Part shown: in pieces, positions 29,509 to 38,290 of the stretch
Position numbering within the stretch: position 1 is the stretch's first letter
Layout of the letters: the number at the start of each line of letters is the position of its first letter
Sequence record: OM313461
Origin: Escherichia phage vB_EcoM_PiR
Direction: 5' to 3' (one strand)
DNA length: 52,936 nucleotides
Notes under the pieces: generated by a model
Seen by the model: only the letters and a program-made list of their open reading frames with translations
Database searches by the model: none
Told to the model about the DNA's origin: nothing
Position numbers and translations under genes: made by a program

Positions 29509-30393
29509 TTATACGGCCATTTGTAGTTTGATGTTTGGCATTGGTTTGTACTTCTCAACCATTGGCGTAACATCGGCAGGAGTGAAGTCAAACACTGACA
29601 CGTCGTAAATTGCGTTAATGTCAGGACGACCTTCAAAGTTAGTGTCCAGTGTAGTATCAGAATTGCTTACGATACGTTGCAGGAAAATCTTTGCAGCATC
29701 GATATGATTCTGATAGATGTGATAGTCACCCAGCGTAACAGTCATATCACCTACCCCAGTACCCAGCTCAGCAGCAATGGTAATCTGCAGCATTTGATGC
29801 AACAGAATATCGTGAGGCAGACCCAGAATAACATCCGCGCTACGCATGTGGAACATCAGCTCTAATTCATTGCGGTTGTTAATGAACAGCTGAAAACCAT
29901 GGTAACAAGGCGGAAGGGCCATGGCGTCCATCTCTTGTGGGTTCCATGCCGTAATGTATGCCCGGCGGTCAGTAGGCTTAACCTTCAGCGTTTCAATAAC
30001 ATCTTTAAGCTGGTTAGTAAGAACACCATTCTTGTAGAATGGCTTAATCCATTGCACGCCGTACACAGGACCTAAGTCACGGTTGTCTGGCGTACCCCAG
30101 CGTTTGTTTGCGTCCTGCAGGTTACCTTCCCACCAGTTGCAGCCAAAGCCTTTGAGCGTGTCGACGTTTGAAATACCGTTGATAAAGCAGTAAAGCTCAG
30201 CAGCAACAGCTTTGATGTTAACAGGTTTAAACACCGGCACCATCAGTTTGTTGTCGTTAAAAGCCAGCTTAAATGCTGTACCAAAACAACGGCGTGTACC
30301 AACACCTGTACGGTCTACAACATCCTCGCCTTTACGCAGGATAAAAGAAATGATGTCGCTGTAAAGAGAATCGACAGTGCTATATGTTTTCAT
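29509..30393 (-). CDS. thymidylate-synthase-fold enzyme, predicted dCMP-specific (dCMP hydroxymethylase or methylase)
   Basis: aligns to ThyA: DRTGxGT, DLGPVYG, catalytic Cys in ALPPCYHGFQ, RSxD, GDYHIYQNH; specificity Asn replaced by Asp in GLPHD. Confidence 0.8.
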   Translation of the reverse strand: MKTYSTVDSLYSDIISFILRKGEDVVDRTGVGTRRCFGTAFKLAFNDNKLMVPVFKPVNIKAVAAELYCFINGISNVDTLKGFGCNWWEGNLQDANKRWGTPDNRDLGPVYGVQWIKPFYKNGVLTNQLKDVIETLKVKPTDRRAYITAWNPQEMDAMALPPCYHGFQLFINNRNELELMFHMRSADVILGLPHDILLHQMLQITIAAELGTGVGDMTVTLGDYHIYQNHIDAAKIFLQRIVSNSDTTLDTNFEGRPDINAIYDVSVFDFTPADVTPMVEKYKPMPNIKLQMAV

Positions 30394-30986
30394 TAAAACA
30401 GTTCCTTTTGAGCCGGGTTAACGTGTGCGTCGATGATGGCCTGGATGTCAGGTGCTTTCCATCCTTCAGGCTTAACAATATCCTGACCAGACTTATGCTT
30501 ACTGTTGCTTGCATCAGGCTTAGCACGTTCTTTCGCCATGTTAGCAACTTGTACCGCATCCCATGCTGCGTCGAGTGGCCAGTTGTTGTTTGCACACCAG
30601 GTAATCAGGTGGATAATTAACTGGGCCAGACGGTCGCAATGAGTGTCTTCAGTATCCTTAACGTATACAATAAGGCCGTCAGCATCGAAGCGGTCCATAA
30701 ATCCGCATGGCGTAGTTAACAGAATCGGATACTCAAATTCGTTGGTGAACCATGCAGTCTGGTCATACAGATATAACGTACCTGCAGCAATGTAAATTAA
30801 ATCTACAATACCGTCTAAGAATCCAGCTTTATCGCCGTCCTTCTTAGCTTGTTTAATTTCTTCCATCTCCTCAATAAGACGGTCATAGCGAAGCTTGAAC
30901 TCAGGTTTACCGCCTTGACTAACAGGCTTGAGGTCAAACTTCTCATGAAAAGCGGTAACGCCTGCAGCAATTTTACTGAATCGCAT
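30393..30986 (-). CDS. MazG-like nucleoside triphosphate pyrophosphohydrolase (probable)
   Basis: EEMEEI ... DGIVDLIYIA acidic helix motifs typical of all-alpha NTP pyrophosphatases; TAATG overlap with TS-like gene. Confidence 0.5.
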   Translation of the reverse strand: MRFSKIAAGVTAFHEKFDLKPVSQGGKPEFKLRYDRLIEEMEEIKQAKKDGDKAGFLDGIVDLIYIAAGTLYLYDQTAWFTNEFEYPILLTTPCGFMDRFDADGLIVYVKDTEDTHCDRLAQLIIHLITWCANNNWPLDAAWDAVQVANMAKERAKPDASNSKHKSGQDIVKPEGWKAPDIQAIIDAHVNPAQKELF

Positions 30987-31371
30987 TTCGTAACTCCTTA
31001 CAAACAGTTTCGATAAACTTACGCTTAATTTCTGTAGACCAGATAATATGACGAGCCTGTTCTAAAGTGTCCCAACGTTCTTTACCCACAGGAAAGGGAA
31101 CAATGAAAAGGCCGGTACGGGATATGCGCTTGATAAACGGGAATTTACAGCGCATGGTTGTTTCAAACTTGATAAAGTTGGTTTGCACTTCGCGTGTAAA
31201 CTTGACCTTATCAAATTCATGTTCAAGAGTTTGAGCAAGGTTGCATACTTCCTGGAAAGAAGATGTGGGTAAATAATCTTCGCGGCCGACGGTGTTCACG
31301 TAGTCGATTTGGCCTTCGAGTCGAAGTATCCAAATCCTGTAATAAGCTTCAGCAACACGTTGTAGGTTCAT
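30973..31371 (-). CDS. hypothetical protein
   Basis: ATG 31371 with GAGGAGAG SD. Confidence 0.55.
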   Translation of the reverse strand: MNLQRVAEAYYRIWILRLEGQIDYVNTVGREDYLPTSSFQEVCNLAQTLEHEFDKVKFTREVQTNFIKFETTMRCKFPFIKRISRTGLFIVPFPVGKERWDTLEQARHIIWSTEIKRKFIETVCKELRNAIQ

Positions 31372-31397
31372 TGTATCTCTCCTCTAAAAGATAACTT

Positions 31398-31426
31398 ATT
31401 ATACCACATCACTCTCTAGTGGTAAA
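31398..31426 (-). promoter_or_regulatory. sigma70-like promoter TTTACC-N17-TATAAT (minus strand)
   Basis: reverse complement of 31421-31426 is TTTACC and of 31398-31403 is TATAAT, 17-bp spacer. Confidence 0.55.
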
Positions 31427-31445
31427 GCACTTTTTATGCTTCGGG

Positions 31446-31477
31446 TAAAAATAAAAAGGACCAGCGTTAACTGGTCC
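31446..31477 (-). terminator. rho-independent terminator
   Basis: stem GGACCAG/CTGGTCC (31458-31464/31471-31477), 6-nt loop; on minus strand followed by UUUUUAUUUUU. Confidence 0.7.
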
Positions 31478-31739
31478 TTTTGGCAGGGTGGCGTAAGGAG
31501 ATACAAGGAATCGCAGTTATGCAACCAGGCAGCGCATATGAGATTGGCTAAAGGACTGACCGACTTAATCCCCGCGACGAGTCGAAAGGAGGTACCATCA
31601 AGTAGCCAATCACATATGCGTTACTTGCTGTGTGCTCTTACCACAGAAAGTATATAGCGTTACACTTATCACACAGTTGTAGTGGCAAAAGCACACAGCA
31701 AGTACAACCTTAGTTGTGGTGTCTTAGCACCTGAGTTAT

Positions 31740-31748
31740 TGTGGATAA
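31740..31748 (-). promoter_or_regulatory. perfect DnaA box TTATCCACA
   Basis: reverse complement of 31740-31748 is TTATCCACA; lies in 565-bp non-coding region between 12-bp inverted repeats TAGTTGTGGTGT (31711-31722 / 31784-31795). Confidence 0.5.
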
Positions 31749-32047
31749 CCTGCACCCGACGGGTGTCAAAAAGATACGCCAAAACACCACAACTAAAATT
31801 GTGACCGCCGTCTACACCAGGCGCCTGGGGTCAAGGTAGCGAGCCAATACCCTTTTCAGCGTCGGAGGAATCGAACCTCACACATCACGGCTTTTACCAA
31901 ATCTCGGTCAGCGAGCAGAATTGAACTGCATTCACTGGACACCCTCACTGTTTCAACACACCAGGCTTAATTGATTGTTGATAAGAAGAGAGATGTAAGG
32001 ATGTCCATTGAATGCACCTCCGTAGAGGTGCGTTCAGATCAGCGCTA

Positions 32048-32515
32048 TTATTCAGCAACTTCTTCGTTGTCGCCTTCGATCGCGCCAGCCAGTTTAGCAG
32101 CTTCAGCTTTAGCAGCTTCTGCTTTCTGGCGAGCTTTTTCAGCTTTCTCTTCAGCTTTGCGAATCTGCTCAGCAGCTTTCGCTTCGGCTTTTTCAGCTTT
32201 GATGCGAGCACGCTCTTCAGCTTTACGCTGTTTTTCAGCGGCTTTAGCAGCATCGCGTTCTGCTTTAGCGGTATCAACACGCTTAGCCAGAACTTTACCA
32301 GTGGCTTTACGCCAGTAGGTCAGCTGGGAAGAAACAGTACCACGGGACATTTCGGTAGTGGCAACAACTTCGTCCATAACGTCAGAGCTGGACTTGCCTT
32401 CTTCATGGGCTTTATCAGCCAGGTCCCATACGTAACGTGCGCCAGTACCAGCTGCCGGATACAGTACGCCGTTAACTTCTTCTTTACCAGTTACAAAAGT
32501 CAGTTTCTCGCTCAT
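32048..32515 (-). CDS. hypothetical protein with Ala/Lys/Glu-rich low-complexity C-terminal tail
   Basis: start re-assigned to ATG 32515 with GAGGAA SD; C-terminal KAEE/AKAA repeats. Confidence 0.6.
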   Translation of the reverse strand: MSEKLTFVTGKEEVNGVLYPAAGTGARYVWDLADKAHEEGKSSSDVMDEVVATTEMSRGTVSSQLTYWRKATGKVLAKRVDTAKAERDAAKAAEKQRKAEERARIKAEKAEAKAAEQIRKAEEKAEKARQKAEAAKAEAAKLAGAIEGDNEEVAE

Positions 32516-32563
32516 AATTTTTTCCTCGTCTACAGGGCTTAATGTTTGTTCGTTACGTGAGTT

Positions 32564-32592
32564 AATATACGTCATTTAAAAGAGAGTGTAAA
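32564..32592 (-). promoter_or_regulatory. sigma70-like promoter TTTACA-N17-TATATT (minus strand)
   Basis: reverse complement of 32587-32592 is TTTACA and of 32564-32569 is TATATT. Confidence 0.55.
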
Positions 32593-32621
32593 CACCTTTT
32601 TTAAACTTTTTTCATTAGTGT

Positions 32622-32849
32622 CTAGAAAGGCACATCATAGTCAAAAAGTTTACATCCGGAAGACAGGACTGCCGGCGGTGGTGTTTTGCCTCCGGATAAT
32701 AGACAACCTCCTGCCTGAAAGCTACGGCAGTTCGCACAGCTCATATCCTGCAGGTATATAATAAGCTGCCGGCGAACGTGCCGAGGCAAAGCTTTAGCCT
32801 GGGTTGCTACCCGTTCAAATAGTTCTCTGTCATCGAGCGCCATAGCCAT
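32622..32849 (-). CDS. small Cys-containing protein (hypothetical)
   Basis: 75 aa with CANC...GGC...GC cysteines; overlaps helicase 3' end by 20 nt. Confidence 0.4.
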   Translation of the reverse strand: MAMALDDRELFERVATQAKALPRHVRRQLIIYLQDMSCANCRSFQAGGCLLSGGKTPPPAVLSSGCKLFDYDVPF

Positions 32850-34500
32850 TCCCCCAGTCGTAGTTCATGATTTGTGGGTAGGGTCGTTTAATCCATACCT
32901 TGATGCGCTTAGGAATAGCCAGCTCACCCTTACGGCGAATAAACTCATCGCATGTTTCAGGCGGTTCGGTTCCTGCAGCATTACGCCACCAGGCATCTGC
33001 CATTTGCTTAGCATTACCATGGGCCTCAATATTTACCCAAGTTGTGTACACTTCCAGGTTTGAATAATACACAACCTTTATACTGTCAGGCCGTCCTTGC
33101 TTCTGGAATAAAGAATAGTTTACCAGCGTAACATCCTTATCCACAACACGAAGCTGACCGTTAGTCATTACCTCTTCTTCTGATGAAGTGAAGGCAATAG
33201 CAGGTCCGTTAACTGTAAATTCAAATTCATGTCCGCACATCGGATATACACCATTCTCGTCTGGCGTACTTCCTTTAGCCGGATGTTTACATGTACGAGC
33301 AGCATAACCACTTACCTGGTGGCAGATAGGGCACTCTTTACCGCCAGGTGTTTTCTCTGACCGTTTCTTTTTCTTCTTACCAAGACGTGGCGGAACAGCC
33401 GGGTCATCAATAGGACCAAGGTCAATGGTGTTAGATGTGAAGTCCATAACAAGACAGTCATGCTTACCAGGCGCTGTACGTAATCCTCGACCGAGTATCT
33501 GCACCCACAAGGCAACAGACGTGGACGGGCGCAAGATGCCGAGCATATCAATTTCAGGATAGTCAAAGCCTGTTGTCAATACGTTTACGTTTACGCATAC
33601 CCTGGCACGTCCGCTTGTAAACTCTTCCAGTGCGGCTTCACGTTCTTTCTTTGTAAGACCGCCATGCACAACTACAGTCTGCCACCCGCGCAGATTAAAT
33701 TCGTCTGCTATGTTGTGGGCGTGCTCAACACTTGTGGCAAATACAAGAACGTGGTTCCTGTCTTTACCGTAGTGCATCATCTCACGAATAGCCGCGACTG
33801 TTATACTATGCTGGTTGGCTACCTTCTCGAGCTCTGACGGGATATAGTCACCCATCCTTTCGCCAACATTACTGGTGTCAATCTTGGTTAACACTTTCTT
33901 GTTGACCAGGCGCGACAGGAAGCCTTCATTTACCAGTCGGGTGAATGCGTCAGGTGTTGTAAGGTCATAGCAGATGTCGGTAAATATACCACAGTCAAGC
34001 AAGTGACCACCTGCCAGTCGATACGGAGTTGCTGTAAGGCCTGTTACCTTTACCTTAGGATTAAGCTCTTTGAAATGAGCAATAACCTTACGGTATGTTG
34101 TTTCAGACTTCTCAGGAACGAGATGGGCTTCGTCAATGAATATAAGATTGAACTTACCTGCTTCTTCCAGGTTCTTAATAATCGACTGTACTGACGCTAC
34201 AACTATACGACCTGAAAAGTCTATGTGTCCTGCACCTGAAGAGTAGATTGATACTGGTGCTTGTGCCCAGTGGCGAACAATTGCTTTGGCGTCTTGTTCT
34301 ACCAGCTCCTTGACGTGTGTCAATATAAGAATGCGCTGACGTGGATAGCTGGTAAGAATATCCTTCATCAACATACCAAGCACAGGTGATTTACCTGAAC
34401 CTGTTGGCATGACAATAAGTGGGTTACCACTATAAGAATTGAAGTACGACCACCAAGCGGTCACAGCTTCTTGTTGATACCAGCGAGCTTCAAAAGCCAT
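32830..34500 (-). CDS. SF2 DEAD/DEAH-box DNA helicase
   Basis: motif I MPTGSGKS, motif II FIDEAH, SAT-like TATP, C-terminal Cys cluster CPICH...C; GAGGAGA SD. Confidence 0.75.
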   Translation of the reverse strand: MAFEARWYQQEAVTAWWSYFNSYSGNPLIVMPTGSGKSPVLGMLMKDILTSYPRQRILILTHVKELVEQDAKAIVRHWAQAPVSIYSSGAGHIDFSGRIVVASVQSIIKNLEEAGKFNLIFIDEAHLVPEKSETTYRKVIAHFKELNPKVKVTGLTATPYRLAGGHLLDCGIFTDICYDLTTPDAFTRLVNEGFLSRLVNKKVLTKIDTSNVGERMGDYIPSELEKVANQHSITVAAIREMMHYGKDRNHVLVFATSVEHAHNIADEFNLRGWQTVVVHGGLTKKEREAALEEFTSGRARVCVNVNVLTTGFDYPEIDMLGILRPSTSVALWVQILGRGLRTAPGKHDCLVMDFTSNTIDLGPIDDPAVPPRLGKKKKKRSEKTPGGKECPICHQVSGYAARTCKHPAKGSTPDENGVYPMCGHEFEFTVNGPAIAFTSSEEEVMTNGQLRVVDKDVTLVNYSLFQKQGRPDSIKVVYYSNLEVYTTWVNIEAHGNAKQMADAWWRNAAGTEPPETCDEFIRRKGELAIPKRIKVWIKRPYPQIMNYDWGNGYGAR

Positions 34501-34558
34501 TTAACGTCTCCTCATTAACTTCATATATTATACCACTTCCTTGTGGTGATGTATACTT

Positions 34559-35437
34559 TTATTTTAAGGAAAGTTTAACGGGCTTCTCATCCTGTGGGAA
34601 GACATCAGCAGGGCGATACTCATCGCAAGCCGCTAATTGCTCTTCGATTGTTTCGAGTTCTTTCTGGTGCTTGTTGCAGTACCACACTTTGCCCTGAAGC
34701 GGTTTACTGTAATGGCAGGTTCTGCAGTTCCTGTCTGGCATTGCTCCTTTGTGGCACAAGTGATGGTATTCGCACATCCCTGGTTTGCACTCCCACCAAA
34801 TAGGCGATTCAGAAATCTTCGGCATATCCAAACCAGATTCCGCATATACAACAGCCTCCGCTTTACTCAGTTGTATGTCGCTTTCCAGTAAGTCAATCTC
34901 GACCACTTCAAAATACATCTCGTCAGTGTTCTTGTTGATTGCAATATACACAGCTTGATTCAGCTTAAGCTTCCGCATGTACACCTGCATCTGGGCGTAG
35001 TGTACCGGCTTACTTGCTTTAACAGACTTGAGCTTGACTAACTCTTTAAACGACTTATCGCCATGCGTCTTGAATTCAGCAAGTGCCCATACGCCTTTGT
35101 ATTTAATTACACAGTCACAAGACCCAGAGAAGATGTCATTGAAGTCGTGTATGCGCCATTGCTTACCAGTCTTGGGATTGACGTCCAGCACTTCGTCACA
35201 TACGGAACGAAGCCACTTTACAATTCTGCTTTCTTCAAGGTTACCACGTTCAAACAGACGAAGTTGCTTAGCTGTAAACTTCTCCTTGAACGACCAGTGC
35301 AGAACGTGCCAAAGATAGCGATAGCAGTTGTGTCCTATCTGCGATGCTCCAAGATGCCCGCGTCGTTCTTCTCTTTCATGGGCTTCGACTATCTTGATGT
35401 CAATACGTTTCTGCAGGTCGTTAAACGGACTGGGCAT
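34559..35437 (-). CDS. Cas4/RecB-like PD-(D/E)xK nuclease with C-terminal Cys cluster
   Basis: D...EFK nuclease-like motif and CKPGMCEYHHLC Cys cluster; start re-assigned to ATG 35437 with GAGGAG SD. Confidence 0.55.
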   Translation of the reverse strand: MPSPFNDLQKRIDIKIVEAHEREERRGHLGASQIGHNCYRYLWHVLHWSFKEKFTAKQLRLFERGNLEESRIVKWLRSVCDEVLDVNPKTGKQWRIHDFNDIFSGSCDCVIKYKGVWALAEFKTHGDKSFKELVKLKSVKASKPVHYAQMQVYMRKLKLNQAVYIAINKNTDEMYFEVVEIDLLESDIQLSKAEAVVYAESGLDMPKISESPIWWECKPGMCEYHHLCHKGAMPDRNCRTCHYSKPLQGKVWYCNKHQKELETIEEQLAACDEYRPADVFPQDEKPVKLSLK

Positions 35438-35906
35438 TGTTAAACTCCTCAACGCTGAATTCATCATACACAATATTATGTGCCCACAAATGGGCGACGG
35501 CATTTGCCATGCTGTCCTTCCATTTGGATTGAGAAGCTGTGTGTGCCAATGCAACTACCCGAACCAGGTTAAGGTTGGCTATCAGCATATCTGCACAATG
35601 TTCGCACGGCGGGTAGGTTATGTAGATGGTAACCGGGCCTAATGAAGGAGTGTCTAACTCACTCCTTATATTAGCTAAGGTATTTATCTCGCTATGAATA
35701 GTTAGAGCGTTCTTGAGGCTATTAGGCACTATTCTTATAGAGTCTAGCTGCGTAGGTAAGCCGTTATATCCAGTGGAAATAATACGCTTGTTCTGGTCCA
35801 CAAGAACACTACCGACTTGACGTTTCGGGTCCTTTGACCAGCTTGCAACTTCACAAGCTATGCGCATAAACCGCTTGTCCCACTTGTCCATCTTCTTCTT
35901 TTGCAT
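35421..35906 (-). CDS. dCMP deaminase
   Basis: zinc-binding motifs HSEINTL (H-x-E) and PPCEHCADM (PCxxC). Confidence 0.85.
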   Translation of the reverse strand: MQKKKMDKWDKRFMRIACEVASWSKDPKRQVGSVLVDQNKRIISTGYNGLPTQLDSIRIVPNSLKNALTIHSEINTLANIRSELDTPSLGPVTIYITYPPCEHCADMLIANLNLVRVVALAHTASQSKWKDSMANAVAHLWAHNIVYDEFSVEEFNNAQSV

Positions 35907-35926
35907 GGTAGTCTCCGTATACGAAA

Positions 35927-35946
35927 ATAGGGGCCGAAGCCCCTAT
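35927..35946 (-). other. GC hairpin with UUCG tetraloop (as RNA: AUAGGGGC-UUCG-GCCCCUAU)
   Basis: perfect 8-bp stem, followed on minus strand by UUUUCGUAU; between SSB-like stop and deaminase start. Confidence 0.6.
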
Positions 35947-35967
35947 TGAATATCTACTCGGCAGGGA

Positions 35968-36513
35968 TTACTCTTCCCAAGGAGCTGCTTCACCACCATC
36001 AGTACCAGGTGCCGTTGCAGTAGCACTCCCCTTCATTGAAGTACCCGCACCTGCACCTACTTTCTTCGTCGTCGATGCAGTTGCTTGAGACTGACCGCCT
36101 ACTGCAGTAGTTGCTTCAGTTGACGCTTTGTATTCGCGAATATCGTTTTGTGGGTCGTATTCACCGGTCTTGTCGATACGAACACCAACTTTACCGGCTA
36201 CAATACGGTTTTCCAGTAAGTCGGTAGAAGTCAGTTCAACAATACCCAGCGCACGACACAACGCAGACAGTTTGCGATGACCGATTTCAACAGCTTGTGC
36301 ATTAGGGTTGGAGTAGGTAATCATGTCAAATACAACACGGTTAGCGAACTCACCTTCCTGCACTTTCAGACGCAGGGACAGGTAAGAACCAGTGCCTGCT
36401 TTAGTCGGCTTCAGCTCAACCTCTTCAATCATGAAGTTGTACCAGCCTTTCGGGATAGGGTCAAAAGACTGTTGCGGTTCGACGGTAGAGCTGTTGAAGT
36501 TTAATTCAGCCAT
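35968..36513 (-). CDS. ssDNA-binding protein (DUF669-like, probable)
   Basis: position next to AAA_24 ATPase and nuclease; Gly/Ala/Thr-rich flexible tail ending in acidic PWEE. Confidence 0.45.
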   Translation of the reverse strand: MAELNFNSSTVEPQQSFDPIPKGWYNFMIEEVELKPTKAGTGSYLSLRLKVQEGEFANRVVFDMITYSNPNAQAVEIGHRKLSALCRALGIVELTSTDLLENRIVAGKVGVRIDKTGEYDPQNDIREYKASTEATTAVGGQSQATASTTKKVGAGAGTSMKGSATATAPGTDGGEAAPWEE

Positions 36514-36585
36514 TGTTTGGTATCCTGTTTAAGTTTAGTTTAATTTCGTTTAACGCTTTACCGGCAGCGTTCGGCCGTGATGCTT

Positions 36586-36615
36586 ATTATACGCCACTTT
36601 TTATCATGGCGTAAA
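36586..36615 (-). promoter_or_regulatory. sigma70-like promoter TTTACG-N18-TATAAT (minus strand)
   Basis: reverse complement of 36610-36615 is TTTACG and of 36586-36591 is TATAAT. Confidence 0.5.
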
Positions 36616-36620
36616 CACTT

Positions 36621-37505
36621 TTATTTGCTGGTTTCTTTCTCAGCTTGAGCGGCTTTCTTCGCCATCCAGGCTTGGTGCTTCTCTTTCGATTCGTCCGAAC
36701 CGATTTTAGTGAGCTGCACGTTTGGGTCGTCGTTCTGCATCTGTTCTGCAGCTCGACCTGTCAGGAGCAGGTAGCTGTCTGACTCCGGATGATAATACCA
36801 CAGCTGGTAAGGATGATAGCCTTGTAGCTTATCATAAATCCAGCCCAGATCTGCAGGTTCACGTGCATCCAGTTCACGGCCTGGTGCGTTACGGCACTTA
36901 GCTTCCCATTGATAGTCAGGTTGTGTCTGAATATAGCGCTCGCTGTTACCATTGGCATCAGGTGCAGTCATACGTAAAGCAAGCACCGCATCCATAAGGT
37001 ACGGTAACTGTTTAGGTAACTGCTGACCAGGCATAAGAGGTGAGTACAACATTGCACCAGTAACCTCGTCCTTGTTCTTCTCAAGCTTGCACAGGTATGC
37101 AACGCTGAAAGGCAAGTCACGGAACTGACGCATGATATACATCATCTTGTCGTTGGTATTACCATACGCCTGTCGTTTGTCATTAACCTGTGACTTCTCG
37201 TAGTCCAGACAAACTTCAGCAACATCTGATAGTGAGTCGAAAATCAGATGCTCATACTTCTGCGCATCCTTACTTTCGGTAAGCCATTTGTACAGCGCCA
37301 GAATGTCGTTGAACGTATTGATTGGCGTAGAGTCGATGTCAGCGTCTGCAATTGACATCAAACCGCCTTCGGCATTAATGACAAGAACCTTGTCATGAGG
37401 CAAGGTCTTAGCCAGGGTGGTTTTACCAACACCTGATGCGCCGTAAATAGCGACCTTAGGTCGCTTATTTTCTACGGCTTGTTTAGTAGATACAATCTGA
37501 ACCAT
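36621..37505 (-). CDS. AAA_24 (Sak4-like) RecA-fold ATPase
   Basis: Walker A YGASGVGKTT followed by VLVINAEGG, typical of Sak4-type recombination ATPases. Confidence 0.65.
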   Translation of the reverse strand: MVQIVSTKQAVENKRPKVAIYGASGVGKTTLAKTLPHDKVLVINAEGGLMSIADADIDSTPINTFNDILALYKWLTESKDAQKYEHLIFDSLSDVAEVCLDYEKSQVNDKRQAYGNTNDKMMYIMRQFRDLPFSVAYLCKLEKNKDEVTGAMLYSPLMPGQQLPKQLPYLMDAVLALRMTAPDANGNSERYIQTQPDYQWEAKCRNAPGRELDAREPADLGWIYDKLQGYHPYQLWYYHPESDSYLLLTGRAAEQMQNDDPNVQLTKIGSDESKEKHQAWMAKKAAQAEKETSK

Positions 37506-37735
37506 TAATGATAGTCCTCGTAAAGTGATTCTTCATCGCAGTACATACGATAAAGAGCTTCTTCGGCTTCTTCCAGGGTGTCAAACTCCTCGCCACAGAC
37601 GGAGTATTTTGTGGGTTCATCGAATGACTCGACGATGTGCCAGTCATGATGAATACCGTATGTCCACAAGTCGCAGTCATCTTTTGCAACAAGCTTACGT
37701 GTGGAACGAAATTGTGCTAGAGTATTGATGCTCAT
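37505..37735 (-). CDS. hypothetical small acidic protein
   Basis: start re-assigned to ATG 37735 with GAGGAGAGAGAAT spacer; track start is GTG. Confidence 0.5.
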   Translation of the reverse strand: MSINTLAQFRSTRKLVAKDDCDLWTYGIHHDWHIVESFDEPTKYSVCGEEFDTLEEAEEALYRMYCDEESLYEDYH

Positions 37736-37795
37736 ATTCTCTCTCCTCATGTGTATAGAGGTATTATACACCACTTACATGGGGTAAGTACACTA

Positions 37796-38242
37796 TTATT
37801 TTACACTAACAGCTTGACACGATAGCCGCGACAAACCGAGGTTGGCTATAACGCCATCGAGCAATACTCCTGCATGTTCTTCATTGTATGCTTCTACCCA
37901 CAAAGGGATGGTGACGCCCTTCAGATGGTCGCTATACACGTTAAACCTATATACCTGTTTGTGTGCTTTGTCAACACGCACAACAGTAAGGTTACCATCC
38001 TCGTAAGGAGGAAGCTCAACGCCTTTCTTACTCCAGAAGTTACGGAACTCAGCACTATTAACAATGCCGTGTACAACACGTTCTGTAAGCTCTGTTTTGA
38101 GGTCAGCACGTGCCTTTGTACTGATAAAGAAACGACAAGAGAAGAAAGCATTGACGTTTAACACATCAACCGCGTACACAACGTTATGCTCTTCAGCAGT
38201 TGGTGCTTTATAAACAATATATTTAGTTTTGAACAGGTCCAT
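37796..38242 (-). CDS. hypothetical protein
   Basis: ATG 38242 with GGAGAG SD. Confidence 0.55.
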   Translation of the reverse strand: MDLFKTKYIVYKAPTAEEHNVVYAVDVLNVNAFFSCRFFISTKARADLKTELTERVVHGIVNSAEFRNFWSKKGVELPPYEDGNLTVVRVDKAHKQVYRFNVYSDHLKGVTIPLWVEAYNEEHAGVLLDGVIANLGLSRLSCQAVSVK

Positions 38243-38290
38243 AGTACTCTCCAGGGAGGAAGATAGGCGGGCTTGTACCCGCCGAAGTTA

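Noticed and set aside
31436-31657. 73-aa plus-strand ORF in the non-coding region
   Set aside because: No SD; spans the arms of an 18-bp inverted repeat; more likely non-coding structured DNA or RNA.
31860-31940. tRNA-like T-arm motif (GGAATCGAACC on plus, i.e. GAGG-TTCGATT-CCTC on minus strand)
   Set aside because: No acceptor stem, D-arm or anticodon arm pairing could be built around it by hand; treated as a chance T-loop-like motif pending a tRNA scan.
31945-32575. Three overlapping ORFs (31945-32280 minus, 31971-32318 plus, 32012-32542 plus) over the Ala/Lys/Glu-rich gene
   Set aside because: Low-complexity, frame-shifted or antisense reflections of the repetitive coding sequence of 32048-32515; no independent start signals.
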